DNA from: Candidatus Bathyarchaeum tardum
GTDB lineage: Archaea; Thermoproteota; Bathyarchaeia; Bathyarchaeales; Bathyarchaeaceae
Direction: 5' to 3'
Assembly (NCBI GenBank): GCA_024650005.2
Contig: CP122380.1
Span: 1,408,001-1,472,000 of the forward strand
Length of the DNA stretch: 64,000 bases
Within the stretch, counting starts at the first letter, position 1, and every line of letters starts with the position of its first letter. Shown piece after piece: positions 19,448 to 28,438 of this stretch. The position numbers and the translations under genes are program-made. The notes under the pieces were generated by a model. The model saw only the letters and a program-made list of their open reading frames with translations. It ran no database searches and was not told the origin of the DNA.

Positions 19448-20361
19448 TTTTCATCAACCCCTGCCGTTGCTTTATAAATCTCTTCGAGGGTCCCAAGTAA
19501 TTGTTGGAAACTTTGCAACTGTAATCCCAGCTCTGCGGCGACACATGGAACCTGTTTACAGAATACGGTTGGATCTTCAACTTTGCAATAAATTGTTTCA
19601 TTTTCAACCCAAACGCGATCAACTATTTCAAGATCCCTAATTTTAGACGCAAGCAAATAACAGTTTGATGCTTCAATCTTGTAGATGTTTGCTGAATATT
19701 TTGCAGCAAGCTTTTTTACATCACCTTGATCCACAATCGACCCAGAATCGATTATACAAAGCCAATTACAAATTTTTTCTAAATCGCTTAAGATATGAGT
19801 TGATATTAAAAAACTAGTGCCCTTATCTTCATGTATTTGCTTTATCTTTTGCAGTAATGTGATACGACCTGATGGGTCTATATTCGCAGTAGGTTCATCA
19901 AGTATTGCAAGTTCAGGTTCACCTATCAAAGCTTGTGCTAGACCTAAACGTCTAAGCATACCTGCAGAGTAAGTTTTGATCTGCTTGTCTCGTGTGTCGC
20001 TCAATCCAACATCTTTCAAAGCTTTTTTAGCCTGCTTTTTTACTTGTGAAACGTCGTAGAGCCCAGCAACATGTTCCAAAAAGCGGCGACCTGTGAAGTT
20101 ATTTGGGTATGCATTGTTTTCATGCATAACACCCAATCTTCGCCTTATTTCAAAGGAATCATGCCAACAATCCAAACCGAAAATTGAGGCATCACCCCGA
20201 TCTTGTTTTAACAAACCTAAAAGAATCCCTATTGTAGTAGTTTTACCAGACCCATTCTTGCCAATAAAACCAGCTATGCCTTTAGGAACCTGAAGATTCA
20301 AATCGTTCAAAGCTTCAGTGCATCCAAAACTTTTGAAAACGTTAACGGTCTTTATTAGCAA
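19444..20361 (-). CDS. ABC transporter ATP-binding protein
   Basis: GKNGSGKT, YSAGM, ILDEP, STH. Confidence 0.95.
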   Translation of the reverse strand: MLIKTVNVFKSFGCTEALNDLNLQVPKGIAGFIGKNGSGKTTTIGILLGLLKQDRGDASIFGLDCWHDSFEIRRRLGVMHENNAYPNNFTGRRFLEHVAGLYDVSQVKKQAKKALKDVGLSDTRDKQIKTYSAGMLRRLGLAQALIGEPELAILDEPTANIDPSGRITLLQKIKQIHEDKGTSFLISTHILSDLEKICNWLCIIDSGSIVDQGDVKKLAAKYSANIYKIEASNCYLLASKIRDLEIVDRVWVENETIYCKVEDPTVFCKQVPCVAAELGLQLQSFQQLLGTLEEIYKATAGVDEK

Positions 20362-20536
20362 ATTCCCGATTCACAAGCCCCTCTTGGCAATTATGCACAA
20401 AAAGGTTATAAATTTTATGCAATAAACGTAATTAAAATTTTATTTTATTACAAAAATGAATATTACAAAATTGAAGAAAAGAGTTATTAATATTTTGATA
20501 CATAAGAATGTCTACCTTTAAAATAGGGGTGATAAA

Positions 20537-20998
20537 ATGAAAAGTCAAATTCTTTTTAAAACAACGATACTTACAACGTTAGTTGTTACATTACTACTGA
20601 CTTCTTTAAGCCTAGTTTTTGCGGATCCTTTTTTGATGGACATCCAACATGACACAGATGAAGAAACACACGGAGTAACATCCTATGCGATTGGTTACTA
20701 TAGTGGTGGAAATAATTATTTCCATCAAGAATTACACAGGTCAGTTAGAGTTACAGAAGACCCATGGACTTTTACAAGCTATATGTATTATGGATTTAGG
20801 GCTATCAAAACGGATTTCACCGTAGCATATTATGACGCTTATTTTGTAAGTGCAATAAATTATCCACAATACTTCTACATTACAAATGTTCGTCAGGTAT
20901 TAACATATACTGAATGCGATTTCCTCAATTTGGACACATTAGAACCTGATAACCGTCAAATTTGGGCAGATGTAACATACTCTGGCACGCCGATATAA
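20537..20998 (+). CDS. Secreted aromatic-rich hypothetical protein
   Basis: Signal peptide ending VFA; Tyr/Phe/Thr-rich mature region; GGGGTGA RBS. Confidence 0.75.
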   Translation: MKSQILFKTTILTTLVVTLLLTSLSLVFADPFLMDIQHDTDEETHGVTSYAIGYYSGGNNYFHQELHRSVRVTEDPWTFTSYMYYGFRAIKTDFTVAYYDAYFVSAINYPQYFYITNVRQVLTYTECDFLNLDTLEPDNRQIWADVTYSGTPI

Positions 20999-21043
20999 CA
21001 AATGGGAAATCACAGAGCAAACCAAGGAGAATGCAACAAAAAT

Positions 21044-21844
21044 ATGAAAACTAAACAGATGATATTTTTTTTCCTACTTTTTTTTAACATAATATTTATT
21101 GCAATGTCTGAACCCATCAATGCTTCTTTTACCCCTACATGGCTAAAAGTTGGGGCATTTGCAGAATACAGCTTCGATTCAACTTTAATCATGTTTTCCA
21201 ATTTTACAGTAATGTCATTTAGTAATAAAATACCAATGAAATTACGATGGGAGTGTTTCGAATTAAACGAAACCCTAGCAGGCTTGGAAGTCTCTCTCAA
21301 CGCCAAGCAAGATAATGAGCAAATATTTATCTCAACAGAGATCTACGTAAACATCTTCAATCGAAGTGTGTATCTCCAAAATGGAACCTTAATTGGAACG
21401 AGTCTTTTCTGGATCCAAAGTAATCCTCCCCTAGGTCAAGAAATAACGCTTTGGGATGTACCTCCAGACAAGATTACAGCAACATTTTCAGCAATCACAC
21501 AGGAACACCAATATGTTTATTCTCCAACACCACAAGGAAGACAAAAAGCGATATATCTTTCTGCAGATGGCTACATCAATGAGGAATTTAGGCACATAAG
21601 TTTAGTCTGTGATGCAGATACTGGTCTCGCTACAGACGGTTCGGTAGACAAGGACCCATCTTTGACAGCACTAAATATCAATACCTGTGGACGATCGGGC
21701 GGAATAGATTTGACGGACACTAATATTGATCTGGGTCCAAGCGAAGATTTATTTGATATACAAGAGTTTCTGCCATTAATAGCACTTGTTGTAGCAAGTG
21801 TCATCATTTTTGTAATGATTTATCGCAAGCTAAGAAAGCACTAA
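21044..21844 (+). CDS. Cell-surface protein with signal peptide and C-terminal TM anchor
   Basis: MKTKQ plus hydrophobic signal; PTWLKVGAFAEY; C-terminal TM followed by RKLRKH. Confidence 0.75.
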   Translation: MKTKQMIFFFLLFFNIIFIAMSEPINASFTPTWLKVGAFAEYSFDSTLIMFSNFTVMSFSNKIPMKLRWECFELNETLAGLEVSLNAKQDNEQIFISTEIYVNIFNRSVYLQNGTLIGTSLFWIQSNPPLGQEITLWDVPPDKITATFSAITQEHQYVYSPTPQGRQKAIYLSADGYINEEFRHISLVCDADTGLATDGSVDKDPSLTALNINTCGRSGGIDLTDTNIDLGPSEDLFDIQEFLPLIALVVASVIIFVMIYRKLRKH

Positions 21845-22168
21845 CATAGCAACGAACCATGAAGTTGATAGCCACAATTGATTTTCATTTACAATGCAGC
21901 CTCTAAAATTGCCCCGAGCAATACATGATAAAATAACAACTCGATATTTCGAACAGTTATTAAATTACAATATATATCAGTTATATTTAATTATTTAAAT
22001 ATTCAATAAAAAGGGACAAAATTTATAACTAAAATAAGCATTACTTATTCTTTGAGTGGGGGATAAAATGATTTTCAATATATTTGAGGCAATTGGATCA
22101 TTTAAAAAATCAAAGTTCAGGCTTCAAATCTGGTTTTTATTCATCGAAACTAGAGTGAGGAAAAGCTT

Positions 22169-22501
22169 TTGGATAAACTAGACCTAAGTTCGTTCAAAAA
22201 AAGAATTTTCACGTCTTTTTTAGACTTTTTAATTCTCGCAAACATATCAAAAAAAGAGCCGCTAAGTGGTTATGACATACTAATGCTTGTTCACAACACA
22301 TATGAAATGAAACTGAGCCCTAGCATAGTATATTATACCTTGAAAAAAATGGAAAACAAGGGACTGATAACGTCTCTAGCATATCCAAGAAAGAAAACGT
22401 ATCTGTTGACAGACAAAGGAATTAAAACAATGCATCATATTCCCAATTGGATTGATGACATCCAAGAATTCATAAAAAGTTTAGTTAAAGAGATTGTTTA
22501 G
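22169..22501 (+). CDS. PadR family transcriptional regulator
   Basis: PLSGYDI, SPSIVYYTLKKME.KGLI, RKKTYLLTDKG. Confidence 0.9.
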   Translation: MDKLDLSSFKKRIFTSFLDFLILANISKKEPLSGYDILMLVHNTYEMKLSPSIVYYTLKKMENKGLITSLAYPRKKTYLLTDKGIKTMHHIPNWIDDIQEFIKSLVKEIV

Positions 22502-22703
22502 GTCATTCTAACTTAAGACATGGGACACAATTATATGTACACATAATGAAACATAGTTCTCAAACCACTGTACGAGAAAGCGATAAAATAAAAAAAACAA
22601 AAATTAATCTCCAAATGAACACTATTACATCATAAAAGTGTTGAGCAGAGGCATAAACCCCCGTCTCAATTACTGTTTTGGTGGTTGTACCCATGTTTAG
22701 TGT

Positions 22704-23111
22704 TTACTTGAGCGGCACATACATTGATGACCTAGATGCACCGATACCTGGTGAACCGTGTCGTACAGGTTTATTGGTTATCGCAAATTCTCCTAGGTAA
22801 CAACCCATCATTTCGGGTTGTACATCAACGGGTATGAATTCTTTTCCATTGTGGATTAAAAGGGTAACTCCTACCATTTCAGGTAGCACTACCATGTCAC
22901 GAGCATGAGTTTTAACGGACGCTTTGGTGCCTTCGTTTTGGTTTACTTTGGCAACTCGGACGTTTTCTAGAAGCGTTCGCTGTGTCTGGCTTAGTCCACG
23001 TTGGAGACTTCTGCGTTGCCGTGAAGGAAGCAACTTTATGAATTCGTCCATGGACATGCGTTGCAGTTCCTCAATCGAATGACCGCGATACATGAATATT
23101 TTCTTCGGCAT
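22704..23111 (-). CDS. rps19: 30S ribosomal protein uS19
   Basis: KTHARDMVVLPEMVG, HNGKEF, GIGASRSSMYVPLK. Confidence 0.97.
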   Translation of the reverse strand: MPKKIFMYRGHSIEELQRMSMDEFIKLLPSRQRRSLQRGLSQTQRTLLENVRVAKVNQNEGTKASVKTHARDMVVLPEMVGVTLLIHNGKEFIPVDVQPEMMGCYLGEFAITNKPVRHGSPGIGASRSSMYVPLK

Positions 23112-23262
23112 CTTTTACGCACTCACCCCCCTTTTGGGTAACTGGATTTATTAAACATTTCTAACCAGCAACAAAAAATAGCAAGTTTGGTAGAACACCT
23201 GAGCACATTAGGAAACTAATAAAGGGGCATATGTTGAAAAAAATTTTTCCAAAAAAAGTAAA

Positions 23263-24147
23263 TTAACTAAAAAACAGTTGCTTACTTTTCTTTTTCTGTG
23301 AATCAGGAACAACCCATGAACCATCACAAAATGCAGAATTCAAATTGAAATTTTCTCGGCAACACCCAAATTTTAAACCATGTTGCTCGACTAGTTGTTT
23401 TGCTTGTTTCATCAAGCTGAAACGAAAAGTTTTTGGCAAATAAGTTGAACCAGCAATGTGCTCGCTTTTACTGAAATATTGTGGCTTCAGTTTTTCTGCA
23501 ACTTCTGGAAAGACTAAACTGAAGCGTTTCCAGTTATCGGGTTTGATTTTGTAAGTTGAACAGGTAACATGTAAAACCCCTAAATCCGTGACGGCTTTTA
23601 CGAGTGGTTCCAAATCGTCGTTTAGAAAAGGAATTATTGGGTCAATTCTAACGGTGGTTGGAATTTTGGCGTTCACAAGTTTTTTTATTGCAATTAATCG
23701 TTTTGAAGATGCTGGAGCAGCAGGTTCGAGTTTTTTTGACAGGAAATCTGATAAGGTCAAGATCGTTATTGAAACTCCACTGGGAACAGTTTGTAGGATG
23801 TCTATATCTCTTGTTACTAAGTCAGATTTTGTGATTATTTGAATCCTGCAAGAGTTGTTCGCCAATATTTCCAAGCTTTTTCGGGTTAAACCGAGTTTTT
23901 TGTCCAACCGGGGATAAGGGTCTGAAGAGTTAGAAATAGAAACCAGTTCCCCATTTAGTTTTGATGCTTCCCGTTTTAGTCGGGTTATCAGGTCTTTTTT
24001 TGGTCTGCACTCGTGAAAATGGGGTATATACGAAGAAGCATAACAGTACAAGCAGCCGTGGTCGCATCCAGTATAAGGATTAAAAGTTAATTTAGGTGGA
24101 CACGTGCACAGTGGAGATTTCCAAGGATCAAAGGGGGCAAGTAACAT
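23263..24147 (-). CDS. Radical SAM protein, spore photoproduct lyase-like family
   Basis: NPYTGCDHGCLYCYA, SDPY, ITKS, RIDPIIP. Confidence 0.9.
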   Translation of the reverse strand: MLLAPFDPWKSPLCTCPPKLTFNPYTGCDHGCLYCYASSYIPHFHECRPKKDLITRLKREASKLNGELVSISNSSDPYPRLDKKLGLTRKSLEILANNSCRIQIITKSDLVTRDIDILQTVPSGVSITILTLSDFLSKKLEPAAPASSKRLIAIKKLVNAKIPTTVRIDPIIPFLNDDLEPLVKAVTDLGVLHVTCSTYKIKPDNWKRFSLVFPEVAEKLKPQYFSKSEHIAGSTYLPKTFRFSLMKQAKQLVEQHGLKFGCCRENFNLNSAFCDGSWVVPDSQKKKSKQLFFS

Positions 24148-24233
24148 TGTTAGGATTCAGCATCAAAAAATGGGAAACTGGGGCTTATATTTTTGATTGG
24201 AAAAAGGGTTCAAAATAAGGAAAATGCGAAAAA

Positions 24234-25283
24234 TTAAGCAACACCGATGGTGTTTCCAACACCAACAACCAACAGTGTGTCGCCTTCTTTTGTCCGTTCT
24301 TGGATGATTCGATTTATTCTTTTTATTACTTCATCAACTGAGTTACGAACAGCGTCCGTCATAGGTGCCAAAGCTTCTTTTATAGACTGGCGAACAATAA
24401 CTGCAAACACTGAAACTTTGTTTTTAGTTGCAATTTCTTCGATTTTGTATTGTTCAATCCCTACCCCACCAATTGCTGCTCCTATACCTTCTATGACTAC
24501 GCCGGATTCTTCACCTTCAAGTTTGAGTCCCGCGTCAACCATAACGATCAGTGACAAATCTTTGTGCTTTTTTACCAACTTTGTTACAGCATCTCCAGCT
24601 TTTCCACAAGTTCCACCTGGACCTTGGGCACGGGTAACAAGGACTTTTCTGCCCTCAATATTAACTTCTGCGACGATAGTTTCTTCAGCAATTTCATGAA
24701 CTAATGCATCCCCAATCAGTGTAGAAGCCACCAAAGGACCGATGCCATCACCGATTGGTTTTTCTTGTTTGAATGCATCAATGAACGAGAAATAGGCTTC
24801 TGCTTCTTCCATAATCATGGGCAATTCCATTTGAATTTGAGTCATAGTGTAGATGCTTCCGCCCTTTTTTCCGGTTAGATAATGATGTCGGACCGTGCGA
24901 TACAAAGAATTCAAGCCATGGGCAGTTTCTACAAGGTTTCCCAAATTCTGCAATTGTTTTTCGTCAGCCGAAGGAGCCAACAACTTAATTTCGTCTTTAA
25001 ATCGGTTATCAGCAGAATTGACTAAATGTTCCAGCCTTTGGACTACTCCTTTGGGGTCCATGTCATTTGGCGAAATTGAAAAGAAATGAAGCAAGGATTC
25101 GACCCGAGGTTTTGGGTCTGTTTCAGGTTTTCCTAATTGTACTATGGCAGAAACGGCTTCTTCTTTGGCTTTGTCCCGCATGTTCTGCAGTTTATTTAAA
25201 GATTTAGAAATTTTACCTAAGGCTATATTGACTTGGATTTTTTGTGCGAAAAAGGAAAAACCGAAAATGAATACCAAGTACAC
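24234..25283 (-). CDS. DUF1512 family protein
   Basis: PIGDGIGPLVA, MVDAGLKLEGE, GVGNTIGVA; true start probably further upstream. Confidence 0.85.
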   Translation of the reverse strand: MYLVFIFGFSFFAQKIQVNIALGKISKSLNKLQNMRDKAKEEAVSAIVQLGKPETDPKPRVESLLHFFSISPNDMDPKGVVQRLEHLVNSADNRFKDEIKLLAPSADEKQLQNLGNLVETAHGLNSLYRTVRHHYLTGKKGGSIYTMTQIQMELPMIMEEAEAYFSFIDAFKQEKPIGDGIGPLVASTLIGDALVHEIAEETIVAEVNIEGRKVLVTRAQGPGGTCGKAGDAVTKLVKKHKDLSLIVMVDAGLKLEGEESGVVIEGIGAAIGGVGIEQYKIEEIATKNKVSVFAVIVRQSIKEALAPMTDAVRNSVDEVIKRINRIIQERTKEGDTLLVVGVGNTIGVA

Positions 25284-25330
25284 AAGGTTAAAAACGTAAG
25301 TTAAAATGTTAGTATCGAAATTGAAAATCG

Positions 25331-25957
25331 TTAAGCCTCCAAGTCTGTTTCTTGTTCTTCAACTGAAACGCATTCCTGATGATTAAGGTTCTGTTTTTCT
25401 TTGTTCAATGCGACCAATCGTTTATCCACATTTTTCAGCTCTTCCTGCAACATGTTAACCATGTTCTGAATACGTTTCCGTTTCATTTCAAGAGCCTCCT
25501 TTCTGGTTTTTGACTCTTTCTCAAGAAACGGAGAAAAAAAATTTGGAAACTGCGGAATAGGCAAACCATTAGGCTCCACAGCTAATACGCTTCGAACATA
25601 TTCTTCAAAAAGACTGTTCATGCTCTCTGCGATACGGCTATGCTTCAAAAGAGCCCGATCAAGAATGCGTTTACCAGCCTCAGTTATGTGATAAATTTTT
25701 CGTTTCCTTTTTTGTGGCCCCCATTTCCCTTCTATATAACCTGCTTCTTCCAAACTTTGCAGTATGGGATACACGCCTCCAGCAGTTGGTTTCCAAAAGC
25801 CTTCAGTGCGGTCTTCGACTTCTTTCATCATCTCGTAACCATAACAAGGTTTTCGATTCAAAAGCAACAAAAAAGCGATACGCATGTACCCTTTTTGAGA
25901 CTCTTTAAGCCATTTAGAAGCAGTCTTTTCGTCGTGTCCCGGATGCATAATATTCAA
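25331..25957 (-). CDS. PadR family regulator with C-terminal coiled coil
   Basis: YGYEMMKEV, WKPTAGGVYPIL, RKIYHITEAG. Confidence 0.92.
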   Translation of the reverse strand: MNIMHPGHDEKTASKWLKESQKGYMRIAFLLLLNRKPCYGYEMMKEVEDRTEGFWKPTAGGVYPILQSLEEAGYIEGKWGPQKRKRKIYHITEAGKRILDRALLKHSRIAESMNSLFEEYVRSVLAVEPNGLPIPQFPNFFSPFLEKESKTRKEALEMKRKRIQNMVNMLQEELKNVDKRLVALNKEKQNLNHQECVSVEEQETDLEA

Positions 25958-25990
25958 GATTCTAATGTAAAAGTAATATTTATATTTTGG

Positions 25991-26004
25991 TGCAATATAT
26001 TGCA
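25991..26004. promoter_or_regulatory. Candidate PadR operator
   Basis: Perfect 14-bp palindrome TGCAATATATTGCA in the short gap between divergent padR and ABC genes. Confidence 0.55.
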
Positions 26005-26031
26005 GTTAAACATATTATGGGTGATTACTCA

Positions 26032-27048
26032 ATGGAAAACAACGTCATGATTGAAGTAAACAACCTTACAAAAAAGTTTGGCGATTTCACTGCTGTCGAC
26101 CACATTTCCTTTGAGGTCAAAAAAAGCGAAATCTTTGGTTTGCTTGGACCCAATGGTGCAGGAAAAACCACAACAATACGAATGCTTTCAACGCTAACTA
26201 GACCGTCAGAAGGCACAGCTACAATCGGTGGATACGATATAGTAAAAAAAGACAACAAAGTCAGGCAACTAATTGGTCTAGTTTCTGAAAAAATGATAAT
26301 GTACGACCGTTTAACAGCTAAAGAGAACCTAAAATTTTTTGGAAAACTCTACGACTTACCAAAAAAGACCATGAATCAACGAATTGATGAGTTACTAGAG
26401 CTCGTTCAACTTACAAAATTTAAAGATGCAAAAGTGGGCAATTTTTCCACAGGCATGAGGCAAAGAATGAACGTAGTCAGAGCGCTACTTAACAGACCTC
26501 AAGTGTTGTTTCTTGATGAACCCACATTAGGATTAGATCCCCAATCTACTGTTGAAATCAGGGAATTCATCAGGAAAATCAACAAAGAAAACGAAACAAC
26601 AATAATTTTAACCACCCACATGATGAACGAAGCAGACCTTCTGTGTGACCGCATCGGCATAGTTGATCATGGAAAAATTACAGCCTTGGATACGTCAAAG
26701 AACCTTAAAAAATTGGTTTCAGGAGACAATACAACTGTGCTGAAACTGGATGTTGCAAACTTGACACCAAAACTAGTTACAAAAATTAAGGCTGTACAAT
26801 GCGTAAAGTCTGTGTCTCAAGATACAGAAACCCACCTCAAGGTCCATGCAACTGGGGATACCGCTTTTGATGACATACTTGGGGTTCTTCAATTAAATAA
26901 TGCGAAAATTAACTCCATTGAGAACGTTCAGCCAACCCTTGAAGATGTTTTCCTTCAGATAACAGGTCGAGACATGCGGGATAAAGCAGACAACAAAATG
27001 CCTTCGCCCCGTCAGGGACCAAACAGAGTGCAAAACAGGATAAGGTGA
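26032..27048 (+). CDS. DrrA-type ABC exporter ATPase
   Basis: GPNGAGKT, FSTGM, LDEP, PTLEDVF; GGTGA RBS before ATG 26032. Confidence 0.95.
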   Translation: MENNVMIEVNNLTKKFGDFTAVDHISFEVKKSEIFGLLGPNGAGKTTTIRMLSTLTRPSEGTATIGGYDIVKKDNKVRQLIGLVSEKMIMYDRLTAKENLKFFGKLYDLPKKTMNQRIDELLELVQLTKFKDAKVGNFSTGMRQRMNVVRALLNRPQVLFLDEPTLGLDPQSTVEIREFIRKINKENETTIILTTHMMNEADLLCDRIGIVDHGKITALDTSKNLKKLVSGDNTTVLKLDVANLTPKLVTKIKAVQCVKSVSQDTETHLKVHATGDTAFDDILGVLQLNNAKINSIENVQPTLEDVFLQITGRDMRDKADNKMPSPRQGPNRVQNRIR

Positions 27049-27049
27049 T

Positions 27050-28246
27050 TTGAAAATGGGAACTAAAAAGATGCTTTCAAACAGTTTGCGGATAGCTTGG
27101 AAAGATTTGATGGAACTATTCAGAAACAGAATGGGGCTTGTTTTGCTGATACTGATGCCCGTATTCATGATGACCATGGTAGGTTACATATATCCTTCAG
27201 AAAGTTCACTGAACAACGTATCAATTGGAATAGTGAATGAAGACATAGGATTTAATGGTCTTAGTTTAGGTACAACGTTTTTCGCGACGTTGAACGTGAT
27301 AAACGACAACGCCAGCTTGATTACTATCAAAGATGCAACAAGTTTTGAAGACATACAGCAAATGATTCAAACAGGGAACATAGAAGGCGGAATAATAATT
27401 TCTGCTGATTTCAGTTCAAACATCATTAACGGACAACAAGGAACGGTCACCATTGTAACTGATCAGTCCAATCCACAGATGTCTACGATGATACAGGCGG
27501 TTTTAAGCCAAGTTTTTGAAGAAATGGGCACCGCAATGGCCCAACAAAATGTTGCAGAACAATTAGGAATCAATCCTGACATAGCATTAGCTGTTGTAAA
27601 ACCATATGATGTTCAGGTTAAAGGTTCAATTGAAGGCGAATTCAGTTACTTTGATTTCATTGCACCTGGAATCATGGCAATGACAGTCATGATGAGTGTA
27701 ATGACTGGACTTCCTGCAGCAATTTCCCATGAACGAGAACTAGGAACCCTAGACGGCATGATGGTAGCCCCAATAAACAGGCTTTCAGTAATTCTTGGAA
27801 AAACCCTTGCACAGATGGCACGTGGAATACTTCAAGGTGTACTCATACTTGGGTTGGCCACGATGTTGTTTGGGGTCACAGTTCACGGAAATATTCTGTT
27901 AGTGTTTGCTTTACTGCTATTAGGGGTATTCAGCTTTGTTGGTTTAGGCGTAGTACTGACTTCATTTGCCAAAGACCAAGAAACAGCAGTAATGATGATG
28001 ACAACCATAATGTTCCCAATGATGTTCCTCAGCGGAGTGTTTTTCCCCATAGAGCAAATGCCATGGTTCATGCAAACAATTTCAAAGTTTTTGCCACTAA
28101 CATACGTTGCAGATTCCCTACGAAAAGTAATGGTCCTTGGAGCAGACATACCTGCACTAACGTCAGAACTTTCAATCTTGATAGTATTCGGAATCGCCAT
28201 GATAGCAATAGCAGTCCCAATATTCAAACGAGCAATGACCCGATAA
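27050..28246 (+). CDS. ABC-2 type permease
   Basis: HERELGTL, FLSGVFFP, PLTY motifs. Confidence 0.93.
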   Translation: MKMGTKKMLSNSLRIAWKDLMELFRNRMGLVLLILMPVFMMTMVGYIYPSESSLNNVSIGIVNEDIGFNGLSLGTTFFATLNVINDNASLITIKDATSFEDIQQMIQTGNIEGGIIISADFSSNIINGQQGTVTIVTDQSNPQMSTMIQAVLSQVFEEMGTAMAQQNVAEQLGINPDIALAVVKPYDVQVKGSIEGEFSYFDFIAPGIMAMTVMMSVMTGLPAAISHERELGTLDGMMVAPINRLSVILGKTLAQMARGILQGVLILGLATMLFGVTVHGNILLVFALLLLGVFSFVGLGVVLTSFAKDQETAVMMMTTIMFPMMFLSGVFFPIEQMPWFMQTISKFLPLTYVADSLRKVMVLGADIPALTSELSILIVFGIAMIAIAVPIFKRAMTR

Positions 28247-28438
28247 AAATAGGTCAAACTCCAAACTTTATTTTTTTTCATTTCAATTTTGTACATAAAC
28301 ACAGAACTATAAAATAAGCTAAGTTAGGCTGTAATTAAGAAATAAAGGCATAAATCAAAAAACTGCCCTAAAAAATATTAAAAAAGAAAAAATGAGTTGA
28401 GCCCTTAACGTTTTTTGCTAAGTTGCTCGGTGTAGAGT

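Noticed and set aside
18062-21916. GGGCAATT(C/T)TA inverted match as terminal repeats of the AT-rich cassette
   Set aside because: Only about 10 bp and imperfect, with no target duplication or transposase
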